A DNA stretch of 64,000 nucleotides from Selaginella moellendorffii (lineage: Eukaryota; Plantae; Lycopodiophyta): positions 2,047,249 through 2,111,248 of the forward strand of contig NW_003314273.1 in assembly GCF_000143415.4 (NCBI RefSeq), written 5' to 3'. Shown piece after piece: positions 47,315 through 59,255 of the stretch. The notes under the pieces are model-generated. The model saw only the letters and a program-made list of their open reading frames with translations, ran no database searches and was not told the DNA's origin. The translations under genes were made by a program, and so were the position numbers. The number at the start of each line of letters is the position of its first letter. Position 1 is the first letter of the stretch.

Positions 47315-49931
47315 CCTGAGAGGGTGAAAGCCCAAAGCGTTCGTCTCCCAGACCCTGGGGGGTTTGGTGAGCTCCAAAAGTATAGTAGGGGGAGGACTGC
47401 AGTGGAGCCAGTTTGGCCAGGAAAGGCCAGTTTGGCGCAGGAAGGCCGGACCCAGTGTTGGGTGATGAGCTGCCCACTGGGAAGTCCAAGACTAGAGTGA
47501 ACACAGACCGACAAGCGGGGTAGCTTGGTGAAGTGTTCAAGAGCTGGCTCTAGTTCCCCCGGGAGATCGACTGGCCGATGCTCCCAGTCCAAGTGTGGGT
47601 GGCACTACCTACTTGGATACCTGGTGTGGCTCAACGGAACCCGCTCTAAGCCCATGGCTAGAGCACCTAAAGGCGAAAGGCGAGGAGAGTACCCAGGTGG
47701 CTCGCGTAAGGCCACGGTGTTCCGAAATGTTGTCCCGAAGGCCCAAACTGTGGAAAGGAAGAGGAACAATCCTCTGGGGCAGTGACCAAGGACACAGTCG
47801 TGTGGTGAGGAAGTCCCAGAGGACCGTGGGACTTAGTGGTCGGGCCTGTGGGTCTCGATCCAGTGGCAGTGTTGGCAAACACGGCCAGGGGCAGAAAGGG
47901 ACTTAGTGGGAACTGATAGAGGGATATTGGGGAAGGTTATTCCCCTTGTCGGTGGGCATCCTAAGGATGCTAAGGAGTGGATCTGAGATGACCACTCACG
48001 GATGGTTTGCCTAGTCTTGGAGAGCCAAGACGGTGATGCAAGTGGTATTGGACTACCAGTGTGGCAAAGGTGATTGGGCATGGCCTTAGCGTGACGGGCT
48101 GCTATGTCGGTGGTACCTTTGAGTGTCGGTCATGGGATCGGACACGTGGAGCACTTGGACCAAGTGCAAATGTTAAGTGGCATGGATGCCATTCTCGGGG
48201 CTAGCAAGTCCCAAGTCCTGGATTGGACTTATGGAGGTGGTGAATGAGACTCCTCCAAGTGGTCAGAGGTGTGGTTAAGTGACTAAAGTAGAATGGAAAA
48301 TTTAGTCGCTTACATGGGACTTCTTCATCATATGACTATATCTTTGATCTTTACACACAAGGACTCCTTCTTTTCCTTTCTATATTGGGACTTTGGGATG
48401 ACATTTCGAAACACCATGGCCCAACACAAACCTCATGGGTACTCTCCCCACCTTCCACCTTTGGGTGCCCCAGCCATATAGCTAAAACGTGGTTTTAATG
48501 AGCCATACTAAGTATCCAAGTAGGTAATGCCATCCACATTTGGATTGGGAGTATTGACCATACGATCTCCTGAGGGAACTAAAGTTAGCTTTTGAACACT
48601 TCACCAAATTACCTCATTTGTTTGTTCATATTCACTTTAGTCTTGAATATTTCAGTGGTTGTATCATCACCCAATATGTGGGTATAACCTTCCTTGGTCA
48701 TACTAACCTTTCTTGGCCAAATTAGCACCACATGAATCCTCTCTCTATTATACTTTTGGAGCTCACCAAACCTTCTAGGGTCTAAGAGATGATTGCTTTA
48801 GGCTTTCACCCTTAGACTCAAACTTAGTCTTAAACTTAGTCTCAGACTCGGTCTAGATCTAGGTCTGGGTCTTAGTCTCAACCTTAAACTCCATCCTAGA
48901 CTTTATCTCAAGTCCATCTCAAGTTCTATCTCGGGTCCATCTCAAACTCCATCATAGGTCCATCTCAGGTCCATCTCAAACTCTATCTTAGATCCATTTC
49001 GGACTTCATCTCGGATTCCATCTTGGACTCTATCTTAGATCCATATCAAACTCCATCTTGGTCCATATCAGACTCCATCTTAGACTTCATATCAAGTCTA
49101 TATTAGACTCTATCTTGGACTCCATCTTGAACCCCTTCTCAAACACCTTTTTGGACTCATTTTTGACACTTACATATGTCACAACACTTGCCATATGTCA
49201 GTCATTCTTATGTCCTTTTTTAGAGACTCATTCAATGATTTCTTTATGCTCATTCCTCAAGCACTTTGTTTGGAGTTTCACTCCCATTCTCGACTTTCCA
49301 AGTCGGAGCCTTTGGTCTAAATATGTTTCGCTTGTTGGATTTCCACTTCGACCACTACTATAGGGCACCTTTTCAGCTCCACTTTGGGGCTCAGGGATTT
49401 GTGTCTCATATATACCCTTGTGACATATGTATACTGAAAAGATGGTAAATGTCAGGAATCCCCCAATTCTTGCCACATTCCTGACTCTCGCCGGATTCCT
49501 GACCTGCAGACCACATTCCTGACTCTCGAGACACTTCCCTATTCATGACTCTCAAGACTCTTCCCTATTCCTGACTCTCTGATTTCTTGTATGATTCCTG
49601 AGTCTCGAGCCACATTCCTAATGATGATGTGGTGCCTCCTTGACCTCAGCTATATTTAGGCCATCCTCGATCCAAGAGTGGTGGAGCTTCATCAACTTAT
49701 AGTATATATAGGTTAGCCTTGTTCTATTTCTCCACAATCTGAATCAACGCCAGTCTAAAGCATTTTCTTTGTTTCCACTAGCTTTTCTCTTTGTCTTTTG
49801 CATTTTCCAGTCTTGATCTTGTTGGGGGTCTTGACAATTTGATTCAGATTGTACTTTTTGCTTTTGCTTTAGCTCGTTTCGATTGTTTGATTGCCTTTGT
49901 TTTTTTCCCCCTTTTTTCTTTCTTCTTGCTG

Positions 49932-51530
49932 ATGGAGTCTCCAAGCCATCTTGATTTCTTTGCCGAAGTCCTTGCAAAAATCCAATCTGAGAATACCGAG
50001 CTGAAGGCGACCCTTCTTCGCATGCAGCAGGAGCTTGCTTCACTTTCGGCTCAAGGATCCAGCAAAGTTCCTGAACCAAAGGTGAGTTTCCTGGCGAAAT
50101 TTTCAAGCAAGCGTTCAGAGCTTTGCAGATTTTTGAACCAGATGGAGCTGATCTTTGCACTTCAACATCGGCAGTACCCCACTCCCGAGTCTTAAATTGG
50201 TGCGATTGGGACATTGCTCGAAGGTGCAGCTTTGTCATGGTTTTCTCCTCTTCTAGAGAAGAGCATGAAAGGGGTCGTGGTTCTAGAGCTGATGGATCTT
50301 CAATTGTTCAAAGAGAAGCTCGAAGCATGTTTTGGCGAGATGGATCAGGTTCGGGCTACTACCACAAAGATGAGACGTCTCTCTCAGGGGTCTCGTCCTG
50401 CCTCGATCTACACTGCAGAGTTCCAACTCCTTGCCTTGGACACTCAATGGGATGAGTAGGCCCTGATTGACCAATTTCGTTTCGGCCTCAAATATGGTGT
50501 CAAGGATTTGTTGCTCACCATGGAGGATCCCAAGGACCTGTTGGACGCCATCAACAAAGCTGTTCAATGTGACAATCGTCTCTTTGAACGTCATCAGGAA
50601 AGTCGCCATGCCACTGTTTTTCCGTCCCAGACTCAAGAATCCCAGCTTGAGTCTTCGGGGCATACTCCTAAACCTACTACTCCGGTCCCGATGGATATTT
50701 CTGGTACTCCCCGACTCATTAGAGGGAAGTTGAGTCCTGCTGAGAAGCAACGTCGAATATCTCATAATCTTTGCCTCTACTGTGCTGATCCTAATCACAA
50801 AGCAATTGTGTGTCCCAAGAAGCCTCCCCGACTACTTGAGTTCACTCTGCCTCAAAGTCCACCTCTGTTGCAGTCGGGAAAAGACCCTATCCAAACAGAG
50901 TAGGAGCTGTCTGTTTGGACTCCCCGAATAAAAATCACTTTTCTACTTTATCAAGCTTCTCACCACCTTTCATCAAAGCCACCACCAATTCTTGCAACTT
51001 CCGCGTCCCATGTCTCTTTTTTTTCACCGGACAATCAAGACTCAAGGCTCTGGCGCTATTGGACTTAGGTGCAACTTCCTACTTCGTGGACACGAACTTT
51101 GCTGCCTAACATCACATTCCTCTTTCTCCTACTATACGGGATTTGAGGGTTGAAGGCATCAGAGGGCATTTTGTGTCTCCATCTTCTGGACTTAGGGAAA
51201 TGTTGCCCGTTCGAGTACACATCGGGTCCACCGTCACCAATATCGCCTTCAATATCATCAACAGTAAATCCTCCTCTATGGTGCTTGGTCTTCCTTGGTT
51301 CCAACTACATTAGCCTCAGATCTGTTGGAAAGAATTACAGCTCATCTCTCCCACATCACCATCTCCCACGGCTTCCCCTACAGTTCATCGAGTTCGAATC
51401 AGGAAAAGTTCCCTAAACTCAAATCGGGGTTCTGTTTCTAACTCTACGAAGTTTTCACCCTCTTCTTTTTCCTCTCTTCCATTTTACACTGGACAGTATC
51501 CTCGTCTCATCATTCCATTTAGTCGTACAC
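49932..51530 (+). pseudogene. Chromovirus gag-protease remnant
   Basis: EPKVS..RFLNQMELIF, LEGAALSWF, PVPMDI, CCHC knuckle, LLDLGATSYFVD, with in-frame stops. Confidence 0.9.
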
Positions 51531-51535
51531 CTCCT

Positions 51536-54500
51536 TCTAACGAAAGGTGAAACCGTGTGATGGTGCTTAAGATCCGTCATAGCATATATGGAATGGAAAA
51601 TGTACATATGTGTGACATGGTGAACCGGTGAAGACTCGTGTCTCTCCACGTGGACTAGCCACATGGCACAGGGCCACTCTCAACACTCCCACTGGCATTG
51701 TGGCCATCACGAGTGATGCTCATCAGTGGAGAAAGTCCCAGCCCTTCGCGATGGACTTGAAATCGATCTCGGGGTAGTGCTTTTGTGAAGATATCTGCAA
51801 CCTGAGTGGTCGTGTCGCAGTAGATCAGCTCAATTGTGCCATCTTCCACTTTCTCACGAACAAAATGATGATGAATCCCAAAGTGTTTGGTGTGTGAATG
51901 AAAGCGAGGATTGGCCGCTAACGCAATGCAGCTTTGATTGTCGCAGAAGAGGCGAGTGGGAGCCTTCACACTCACACCAAGGTTAGAAAGCAGTGAGTGT
52001 AACCACACACCTTCTTTGGTAGCTTGTGAGGCTGTCAAATATTCTGCTTCAGTACTAGAGGTTGCCACTGTACTTTGCTTCCTGCTGCACCACGAGACTG
52101 CCGCACTGCCCAGGGAAAACGAATAGCCAGAGGTGGACTTGCGTGTGTCACAGTCTCCCCCAAAATCAGCATCACAGTAGTCCGTGAGGGTAAGCGCTTT
52201 TCCCTGGTAGCACAATCCAAGGTAAGTAGTACCTCGAAGGTACCTGAAGATGCGTTTCACCGCTGCCCAATGTTGAGATCCAGGATTAGCCAGGAATTGG
52301 CTAACTTTGCTCACGGCAAAAGAAATATCTGGGCGTGTACGAACAGCTGGATACATGAGACTGCCCACAGCTTGTCTGTAAGGGATGGAGTCCATGGCTC
52401 TCTTGTCGTCCTCTGTCTCAGGAGACATGGCTCGTGAAAGCTGGCAGCCTAGTTCCATTGGTGTCGCCACTGGATTAGAGCTCGTCATAGAAAACCTGGC
52501 CAGGATCTCTTCTATATACTTGGCTTGGTGAAGATAGATAGTGCGTTGAGAGCGATCACGCACAAGTTCCATGCCAAGAAAGTAGGAAGCCGAGCCAAGA
52601 GTTTTCATCTCAAATAGATCTCGCTTAACCTGGAGAAACATTAAGCGATGATTATGGATGACAAGAGTATCATCAACATAAAGAGCGATGATCACAAATG
52701 ATTCACCCTCCACCCGAATATAAAGATTCGGGTCTGCCTCGCTACGGGAAAAGCCCACACTTAGTATAAAATCGTCAAAGCGTTTGTACCAAGATCTGGG
52801 TGCTTGTTTCAAGCCGTAGACAGCTTTCTTGAGAAGCCAGAGATGATCCTCTTTTCCAGCGGCTAGAAATCCTTCTGGCTGTGCCATATAGATTTCTTCG
52901 TCAAGCGCGCCATAAAGAAACGCCGTGGTCACATCCATCTGTTCCAGATCAAAGTCTCCCACCGCAGCAAAATTAATCAAGGAACGAAGAGTAGAATGCT
53001 TAACCACTGGAGCAAAGGTGTCGTTGTAGTCAAGTCCAGGAACTTGCGAGCATCCTTTCGCCACCAATCGGGCCTTGTAGCGAACCGAGCCATCAGGATT
53101 AAGCTTCAGAGCATACACCCACATGCTCTTGATAATCTGGCGATTGGAAGGCACAGTTGGAACAAGAACATGTGTCTCGTTCTTTTGCTGTGAAGCAATC
53201 TCGGCTTCCATTGCTACACGCCAGTAAGACGCTTCCTGTGAGGCCATGGCTTCTCCATAGGTCCTCGGAACAGTAGGAGTCCCAGCTGCACGAGAGGAGA
53301 CCATTGTCTCGATGAGACGCTCAGTAGGCCGCCTTGTGCGGATCGATCTGCGTAGAGGATCTGGAGGAGGCGGCGGGGTTGGTGGTGTTGGAGTAGAAGC
53401 AGGCATGGGTTGTTGCGTAGGGACTGTTTGAAGCGGCACAGTGATCGTGCCGACAGTCAACTGATCTTGTTCCGCTTCAACGTCATTTTCTTCGGTCAAG
53501 GTAGGTCTGGAAGTAAAACCTTGACTAGAAGGAAGAAACGAATTCTCGTTGAAAACCACATCTCTGCTCAGGATCTCCTGCTTCGTGATTGGATTCCAGA
53601 GACGATAGGCTTTGTGATCGAGGCTGTAGCCCACAAACACAGCCTTCTGGCTCTTGGGATCCAATTTCTTGCGCATTCCATCAGGGATGTGTGCCCACGC
53701 TTCACACCCGAATATTCTCAGATGCGTAACTGTAGGTTTCTTTGCTTCTTCAGGAGTGATGTCAGCAAGGGCAGAGGTGGGGAGCCGGTTCTGGAGATAG
53801 TTCGCCGTCAAGACAGCGTGAAACCAGAAGCTGCGAGGCAAACCACTGGAAAGTAGCATTGCCCGGGCACTCTCCACTAGTGTGCGATTCTTGCGCTCAG
53901 CTACGCCATTCTGTTGTGGAGTCTCTCGCGTTGTAAGTTCTCGCACAATCCCTCCTTGCTCACACAGCTGGTTGAAAGCATTGGAAGTGAATTCGCCTCC
54001 ACCATCACTTCTCAATCGCTTGAGCATTTTCCCAGTTTGTGTTTCTCCCATATCCTTGAAAGTCTGGAAGTAGTGTAACGATTGGGATTTGCGAGCCATA
54101 GGGTAGATCATAGTGCGACGACTGTAGTCATCAATGAAACTGATAAAGTATTGGATACCTCCCACTGCTGTGGTGGCCATCGGGCCACACACATCAGTGT
54201 GTACAAGTTCCATGAGCTCTGTAGCTCGAGATGCTCCAGTCTTGGGGAAAGGTTGGCGAGTAGATTTTCCTAGCTGACAGCCCTGGCAAAATGGAAGAAC
54301 GGCTCTTGGGTCCAGGTCTAGACCTTCAACCATCTGCTCGCGTGCGAGCTGCTTGATTCTATCAGCACTAGGATGCCCCAGGCGTGCGTGCCAAAGCTCC
54401 AGTGAGTGACTGGTCGTTGTCTTTTGTGCGTGTAGGCCCAGACTCCGTCCAGCAAGATCTGGCAGCATGGTAAGGCGGTAGAGGTCACGCCGTCCAGGCC

Positions 54501-56072
54501 GGGACGCTGTGAGGATGGCTCCTGTGGTCGAGATCAGCTGGAATTGGCGAGGTGTAATGGCGAACTGATACCCATCCTCAGCAAATTGTCCCACAGAGAA
54601 CAAATTAGCACATAAACCAGGAATATAAAGAACCTCGTGGATCTTTACGACTATTCCTTGTGGTAAAGTGAACTTGATGGTTCCAATTCCTTTCACAGCA
54701 AGCTGCTGGGCATTGCCAACGATGACATACTCCTCTGTGGCTGTAGGAACATAGGCTTCAAAGTACTTATCACTGTTGAACATATGGTCTGTGGCAGCAG
54801 AATCCAGGTAGATGCACTCTGCAGACAGTGCTGCCACAGCCATAGCTCGTGACAAGATGAAGGCGTGTACCACCTTTTTCTTTGCATTGTTCCTTACAGG
54901 CTTGAGAGATGGATTTTTCACCCAGCATTGAGCTTCGTCATGGCCTTTCTTGTTGCAATGAGAACACTTGGGCTTCTTGGATGAAGAGGCTCCTTGTTTC
55001 CCTTTGTTCACTGTTTCTTTCCTGAGAGAAGAGTAGAATGCAACGGCCTCTGATCCTGTTGTTGCTCTTCGTCTCAGATCATCGTCCTGGAGGCTACTGA
55101 TCACGCCATTCAGGGTTAGAGGAGTTCCAGTGGTAGTGAGGCTACGTATGAGAGGATCAAAGGATGGAGGAAGTGTGACGAGCACCAGCTCTGCTTCTTC
55201 TTCATCCTCTATGTTTGCACCTACATCCTTAAGATCATCTAAGATGGTTCTCACACCAGCAAGATGATCCTTGAGATCATCCCCTTCAGCCATCACCAAT
55301 GCATGAAGCTGCTTCCGTAAAAATATGCGATGGGATGTTGAAGGGATCTGGTAAGTCTGCTTCATGGCCTCCCACGCTTCCTTTGCACTCTTGCACCGTC
55401 CAATGCAATGGAATTCTCGCCCCTCCAGCGCTGCATGGAATTTGCCCAAAGCTCTCCGGTCCTTCTTGCGATACTTCGCAGTTTCATCCACTGTAGCTGT
55501 ATCTGGAAGTGTCTCAGTTCCTGTGGTGATGTCCCAGAGGCCTCGTTCATCCATATAGGATTCGAATTTTGTCTTCCAGAAGCACCAGTTCCTCCCATCA
55601 AATTTTGGTGGATTTGCGTCCACTGAAACGATATCCGCTGTAGGCACAGTCGGATTTGTGATGGGAGGGGAAATAGGTGGTGGATTTGGAGGCGGATTTG
55701 TAGGAACAGTGGCTGCCATGGGTGCCGACACCCAATCCCACCACTCGTTCAAGTCTAGGTCCAGGTTCTTAGTCGTCCAGTGCCTCTTGCAAGGCCTGGA
55801 GCGTTTGGATTAGGGCACGCCTATGTCTACGTAGACGGAGGCTCCGATTCACCCTAGCAAATGTCGCCCTGATCCTACGGTTTCGAATTCTTCTCGCTCT
55901 CCCAGGCATTGCTCCGATACCATCTAACGGAAGGTGAAACCGTGTGATGGTGCTCAAGATCCGTCATAGCATATATGGAATGGAAAATGTACATATGTGT
56001 GACATGGTGAACCGGTGAAGACTCGTGTCTCTCTACGTGGACTAGCCACGTGGCACAAGGCCACTCTCAACA
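51536..56072 (-). mobile_element. Ty1/Copia retrotransposon with 150-bp LTRs
   Basis: LTRs 51536-51685 and 55923-56072 (5 differences), TSD CTCCT, PBS TGGTATCGGAGC at 55911-55922. Confidence 0.97.
51655..55719 (-). CDS. Copia gag-pol polyprotein (gag-CCHC-PR-INT-RT-RH), uninterrupted
   Basis: CSHCNKKGHDEAQC, YLDSAATDHM, LWHARLGH..CQGC, HTDVCG..RSDGGGEF..PQQNGVAERKNR, YKARLVAKG, LYVDD, YCDADFG, ADIFTKAL. Likely ATG at 55719. Confidence 0.97.
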   Translation of the reverse strand: MAATVPTNPPPNPPPISPPITNPTVPTADIVSVDANPPKFDGRNWCFWKTKFESYMDERGLWDITTGTETLPDTATVDETAKYRKKDRRALGKFHAALEGREFHCIGRCKSAKEAWEAMKQTYQIPSTSHRIFLRKQLHALVMAEGDDLKDHLAGVRTILDDLKDVGANIEDEEEAELVLVTLPPSFDPLIRSLTTTGTPLTLNGVISSLQDDDLRRRATTGSEAVAFYSSLRKETVNKGKQGASSSKKPKCSHCNKKGHDEAQCWVKNPSLKPVRNNAKKKVVHAFILSRAMAVAALSAECIYLDSAATDHMFNSDKYFEAYVPTATEEYVIVGNAQQLAVKGIGTIKFTLPQGIVVKIHEVLYIPGLCANLFSVGQFAEDGYQFAITPRQFQLISTTGAILTASRPGRRDLYRLTMLPDLAGRSLGLHAQKTTTSHSLELWHARLGHPSADRIKQLAREQMVEGLDLDPRAVLPFCQGCQLGKSTRQPFPKTGASRATELMELVHTDVCGPMATTAVGGIQYFISFIDDYSRRTMIYPMARKSQSLHYFQTFKDMGETQTGKMLKRLRSDGGGEFTSNAFNQLCEQGGIVRELTTRETPQQNGVAERKNRTLVESARAMLLSSGLPRSFWFHAVLTANYLQNRLPTSALADITPEEAKKPTVTHLRIFGCEAWAHIPDGMRKKLDPKSQKAVFVGYSLDHKAYRLWNPITKQEILSRDVVFNENSFLPSSQGFTSRPTLTEENDVEAEQDQLTVGTITVPLQTVPTQQPMPASTPTPPTPPPPPDPLRRSIRTRRPTERLIETMVSSRAAGTPTVPRTYGEAMASQEASYWRVAMEAEIASQQKNETHVLVPTVPSNRQIIKSMWVYALKLNPDGSVRYKARLVAKGCSQVPGLDYNDTFAPVVKHSTLRSLINFAAVGDFDLEQMDVTTAFLYGALDEEIYMAQPEGFLAAGKEDHLWLLKKAVYGLKQAPRSWYKRFDDFILSVGFSRSEADPNLYIRVEGESFVIIALYVDDTLVIHNHRLMFLQVKRDLFEMKTLGSASYFLGMELVRDRSQRTIYLHQAKYIEEILARFSMTSSNPVATPMELGCQLSRAMSPETEDDKRAMDSIPYRQAVGSLMYPAVRTRPDISFAVSKVSQFLANPGSQHWAAVKRIFRYLRGTTYLGLCYQGKALTLTDYCDADFGGDCDTRKSTSGYSFSLGSAAVSWCSRKQSTVATSSTEAEYLTASQATKEGVWLHSLLSNLGVSVKAPTRLFCDNQSCIALAANPRFHSHTKHFGIHHHFVREKVEDGTIELIYCDTTTQVADIFTKALPRDRFQVHREGLGLSPLMSITRDGHNASGSVESGPVPCG

Positions 56073-56077
56073 CTCCT

Positions 56078-59000
56078 CCTATCTCCACAATCACTATGAA
56101 AGAACTCCTTCATGAAGAATTTATTTTCCTTTTTGCTTTGCATGTTTCCCCTATCAGTGTTCCTGAAAAGTATCATAATTTTGGGGATGTGTTTGACAAG
56201 AAAAAGCTAATGTACTGCTTGTTCATCGGCCTTATGACTGTCCTATTGATTTACAGGAAGGAGCGTCACCTCCGTGGGGGCCTATCTATGGGTTATCCCT
56301 GTCCAAGCTTAAGGCCCTCAAAGAGTACGTGGATGAGAACTTTGCCTCAAGGTACATTCAGCATTCGCAGTCCCTGACTGGAGCGCCTGTCTTCTTTGTC
56401 AAGAAGAAGGATGGGAGTTTGCGGCTAGTCATCGACTACCAAGGTTTGAACAAAGTGACTGTTCGGAACCGTTATTTGCTGGCCTAGATCTCGGACCTGT
56501 TGGAACGCCTCGGCGGTGCCCGCTTCTTCACCAAGATCGACCTCCATAGAGCATACAACCTGATTTGGATCTGGCCTAGTGATGAATGGAAGACTGCATT
56601 CGGAACCCGCTATGGCCACTTCGAGTACACTATCATGCCATTTGGCTTGACAAATGCTTTAGCAGTTTTCCAACACATGGTGAACGACGTCTTTTGGGAG
56701 TTTCTTGATCAGATGGTGATCGTCTACCTCGATGACATCCTTATCTACTCAAAAACTCAGGAGGAGCATGACAACCATGTACGCAAGGTGTTGGCAAAGC
56801 TGCAAGAACACAGCTTATACACGAAGCTTGAGAAATGTTCTTTCGATCAGCAGTTTGTGGAGTTCCTTGGGTACATTGTCACTTCTGAGGGTATCACGAT
56901 GGATCCTGCCAAAGTCAAGACTATTCTCAAATAGGAGCCTCCACAAAGTCAAGACTATTCTCAAATAGGAGCCTCCACAAAGTCAAGACTATTCTCAAAT
57001 AGGAGCCTCCACAATCAATGTCAGACGTTCAGGTTTTCCTTGGCTTCGCCAACTTCTACCACAAATTCATTGATCACTACTCTAACATTGTCCTTCCTTT
57101 CACGCATCTCACTCGCAAGGATGTTCCCTTCTCTTGGTTTGCTGCTGCCCAGTAGGCCTTCGACACACTCAAGGCGGCCTTCAATTTTGCTCCCGTCTTG
57201 ATCCATACTGATTCTTCACAACCTTTCTTCATCGAGGCTGACGCCTCCAACTTTGCCATCGGTGTTATGCTGTCTCAACTCAGAGTGGATCAAGAACTTC
57301 ATCTGGTCACTTTCCATTCTCAGAAATTCCAGCCTGCGAAGATCAATTACGAAATCCACGATAAGGAGCTCCTTGCCATCGTGGATTCCTTTGGAGAGTG
57401 GCGCCATTTCTTGGAGGGGGCGGCCATCAAACAATAGTTTGGACAGATCACAAAAATCTCAAGTACTTTGCCACTTCCCGAGTTTTGAGCCGTCGTCAAG
57501 CAAGGTGGGCACAATTCCTGAGTCGGTTTGACTTTGTTATCAAGTACAGACCTAGAAAGCTTCAAGGCCTTCCTGATGCTCTTTCAAGGCACTTCTATCT
57601 CAGTCTCAAATCTAGTAATCCCAACTTCGATCAACAGGATCAAGTTATCCTCGGTCCTGATCGGCTTCAAGTTATGGCAATTTCCCTAGCCCGTCAGGAC
57701 TCCTCCTTGATGGATGCGATCAGAAACGATCTTCAATCCGATGATCTCGCCAGCGACATTTTCCCCCATCTTTAGGCTGGACACCCAGTGACTCCCGACT
57801 GCCGGCAATTTGACGAGTTCGAGTTCTTAAATGGTTTATTGTACCGTGGGGAGCAGCTTTACGTTCCTGAAGGTGATGCTCGAATTGGTCCTAATGGCGT
57901 GCCACAATAGCCCGACTGCTGGTCACTTCGGCATTGCGAAAACCTATGAGCTAGTTGCACGAGACTTTTGGTGGCCTCACATGGACGACTACATCAAAGC
58001 TTTTGTTACCTCCTATGACACTTGCGCCCAGAATAAAGTACCCTGCCACCTTCCTTCAAGTTTGCTTCATTCCCTCCCGGTCCCTTTAGGTCTTTGGGAA
58101 TCCATCTCCATGGATTTCTTGAGTGATCTTCCAAGTTTTGGAGGCTTTAACAGCATTTTAGTCGTGGTGGATCACTTCACAAAAATGGTGCATTTCTTGC
58201 CGTGTACCAAGGAGTTTTTGGGCGAGGACATAGCAAAACTGGTATTCAGGGAAATTTTCCGACTTCATGGGATTCCTACAGATGTGATTTCGGATCGGGA
58301 GCCTCAGTTCATCTCTCATTTTTGGCAACGGTTTTTGCAGCTACTTAGAGTGAAGGCCAACCTCTCTTCGGCGTATCATCCTCAAACCGATGGACAATCT
58401 GAGCAAACGATTCAGACGTTGGAACAATTCTTGAGGTGTTTCATCAACTATCATCAGGATAACTGGTTTGATATCCTTCCTTTTATTGAGTTTTCCTATA
58501 ACAACTCTGTTCACTCCTCTCTTCGAATTTCCCCCTTCTTTGCGAACTCTGGCCGAAATCCCCAATTCAATCTCTCACTTCCTTCTCCATCCGAATCCTC
58601 TCGTTCAAATCCCCGCTCTGAGGCATTTGTCTCCAACCTCCAGGAAATCCACAACTCCATCTCCTTCCACCTCCATCGTGCTCAGGAATCTCACAAAACA
58701 TTTGCCAATGTCCATTGTTAGGATTGTCCCCCTTACAATATCAGGGATAAAGTCTAGCTCCTCAAGTGAAATATCTCCACCACCAGGCCTTGTCCAAAAT
58801 TCGATTTCAAATGCCTTGGTCCTTTCCCTATCATTGCTATCATTAATCTTGTCACTTATCGCCTTGCACTTCCCTCCTCATATCAAATTCACCCCGTTTT
58901 TCACTCTTCTCTCCTTGAGCCTTATATTCCCAGTTTTATTCCAAATCGGGTCTTTCCTCCGCCTCCACCGGTGCAGCTTGAGGATGGGTCTGAGTACAAG

Positions 59001-59255
59001 GTTCAAAACATCCTTGATTCCAAGATTTCACGGTCTAAACTCTACTATCTGGTCGACTGGAAGGGTTACGGACCTGAGGAACGCACTTGGGAACCTGCAG
59101 ACAACTTAATTCATTCTCCTGACCTTGTTCAAGACTTCCACCGCCACTATCCTTCTTGTCCCAGTCCTCATTCTTTTTCTCCATCTCCCATCCCTTGCCG
59201 CTCATCTCATCCTCCTCTTCATTCTCGTTCACATCCTCGTTCCACTCGTTCTTGA
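56078..59255 (+). pseudogene. Chromovirus RT-RNaseH-integrase-chromodomain remnant
   Basis: [32 protein letters not shown], RNase H, HHCC zinc finger/integrase, EYKVQNILDSK..YLVDWKGYGPEERTWEP. Confidence 0.95.

Larger units (their letters stand above)
40461..48314 (+). mobile_element. Young non-coding LTR retroelement (LARD-like)
   Basis: 1900-bp LTRs 40461-42360 and 46415-48314 (TG..CA, only 2 differences seen), TSD TGGGA, Met-type PBS TGGTATCGGAGC at 42364-42375, PPT at 46401-46414. The 4.05-kb interior has no long ORF. Confidence 0.95.
39963..49410 (-). mobile_element. Older solo LTR of the 1.9-kb family, split into 39963-40460 and 48320-49410
   Basis: Both halves align contiguously with the reverse complement of the young LTR. 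Flanks are TATAA/TATAC. Confidence 0.85.
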
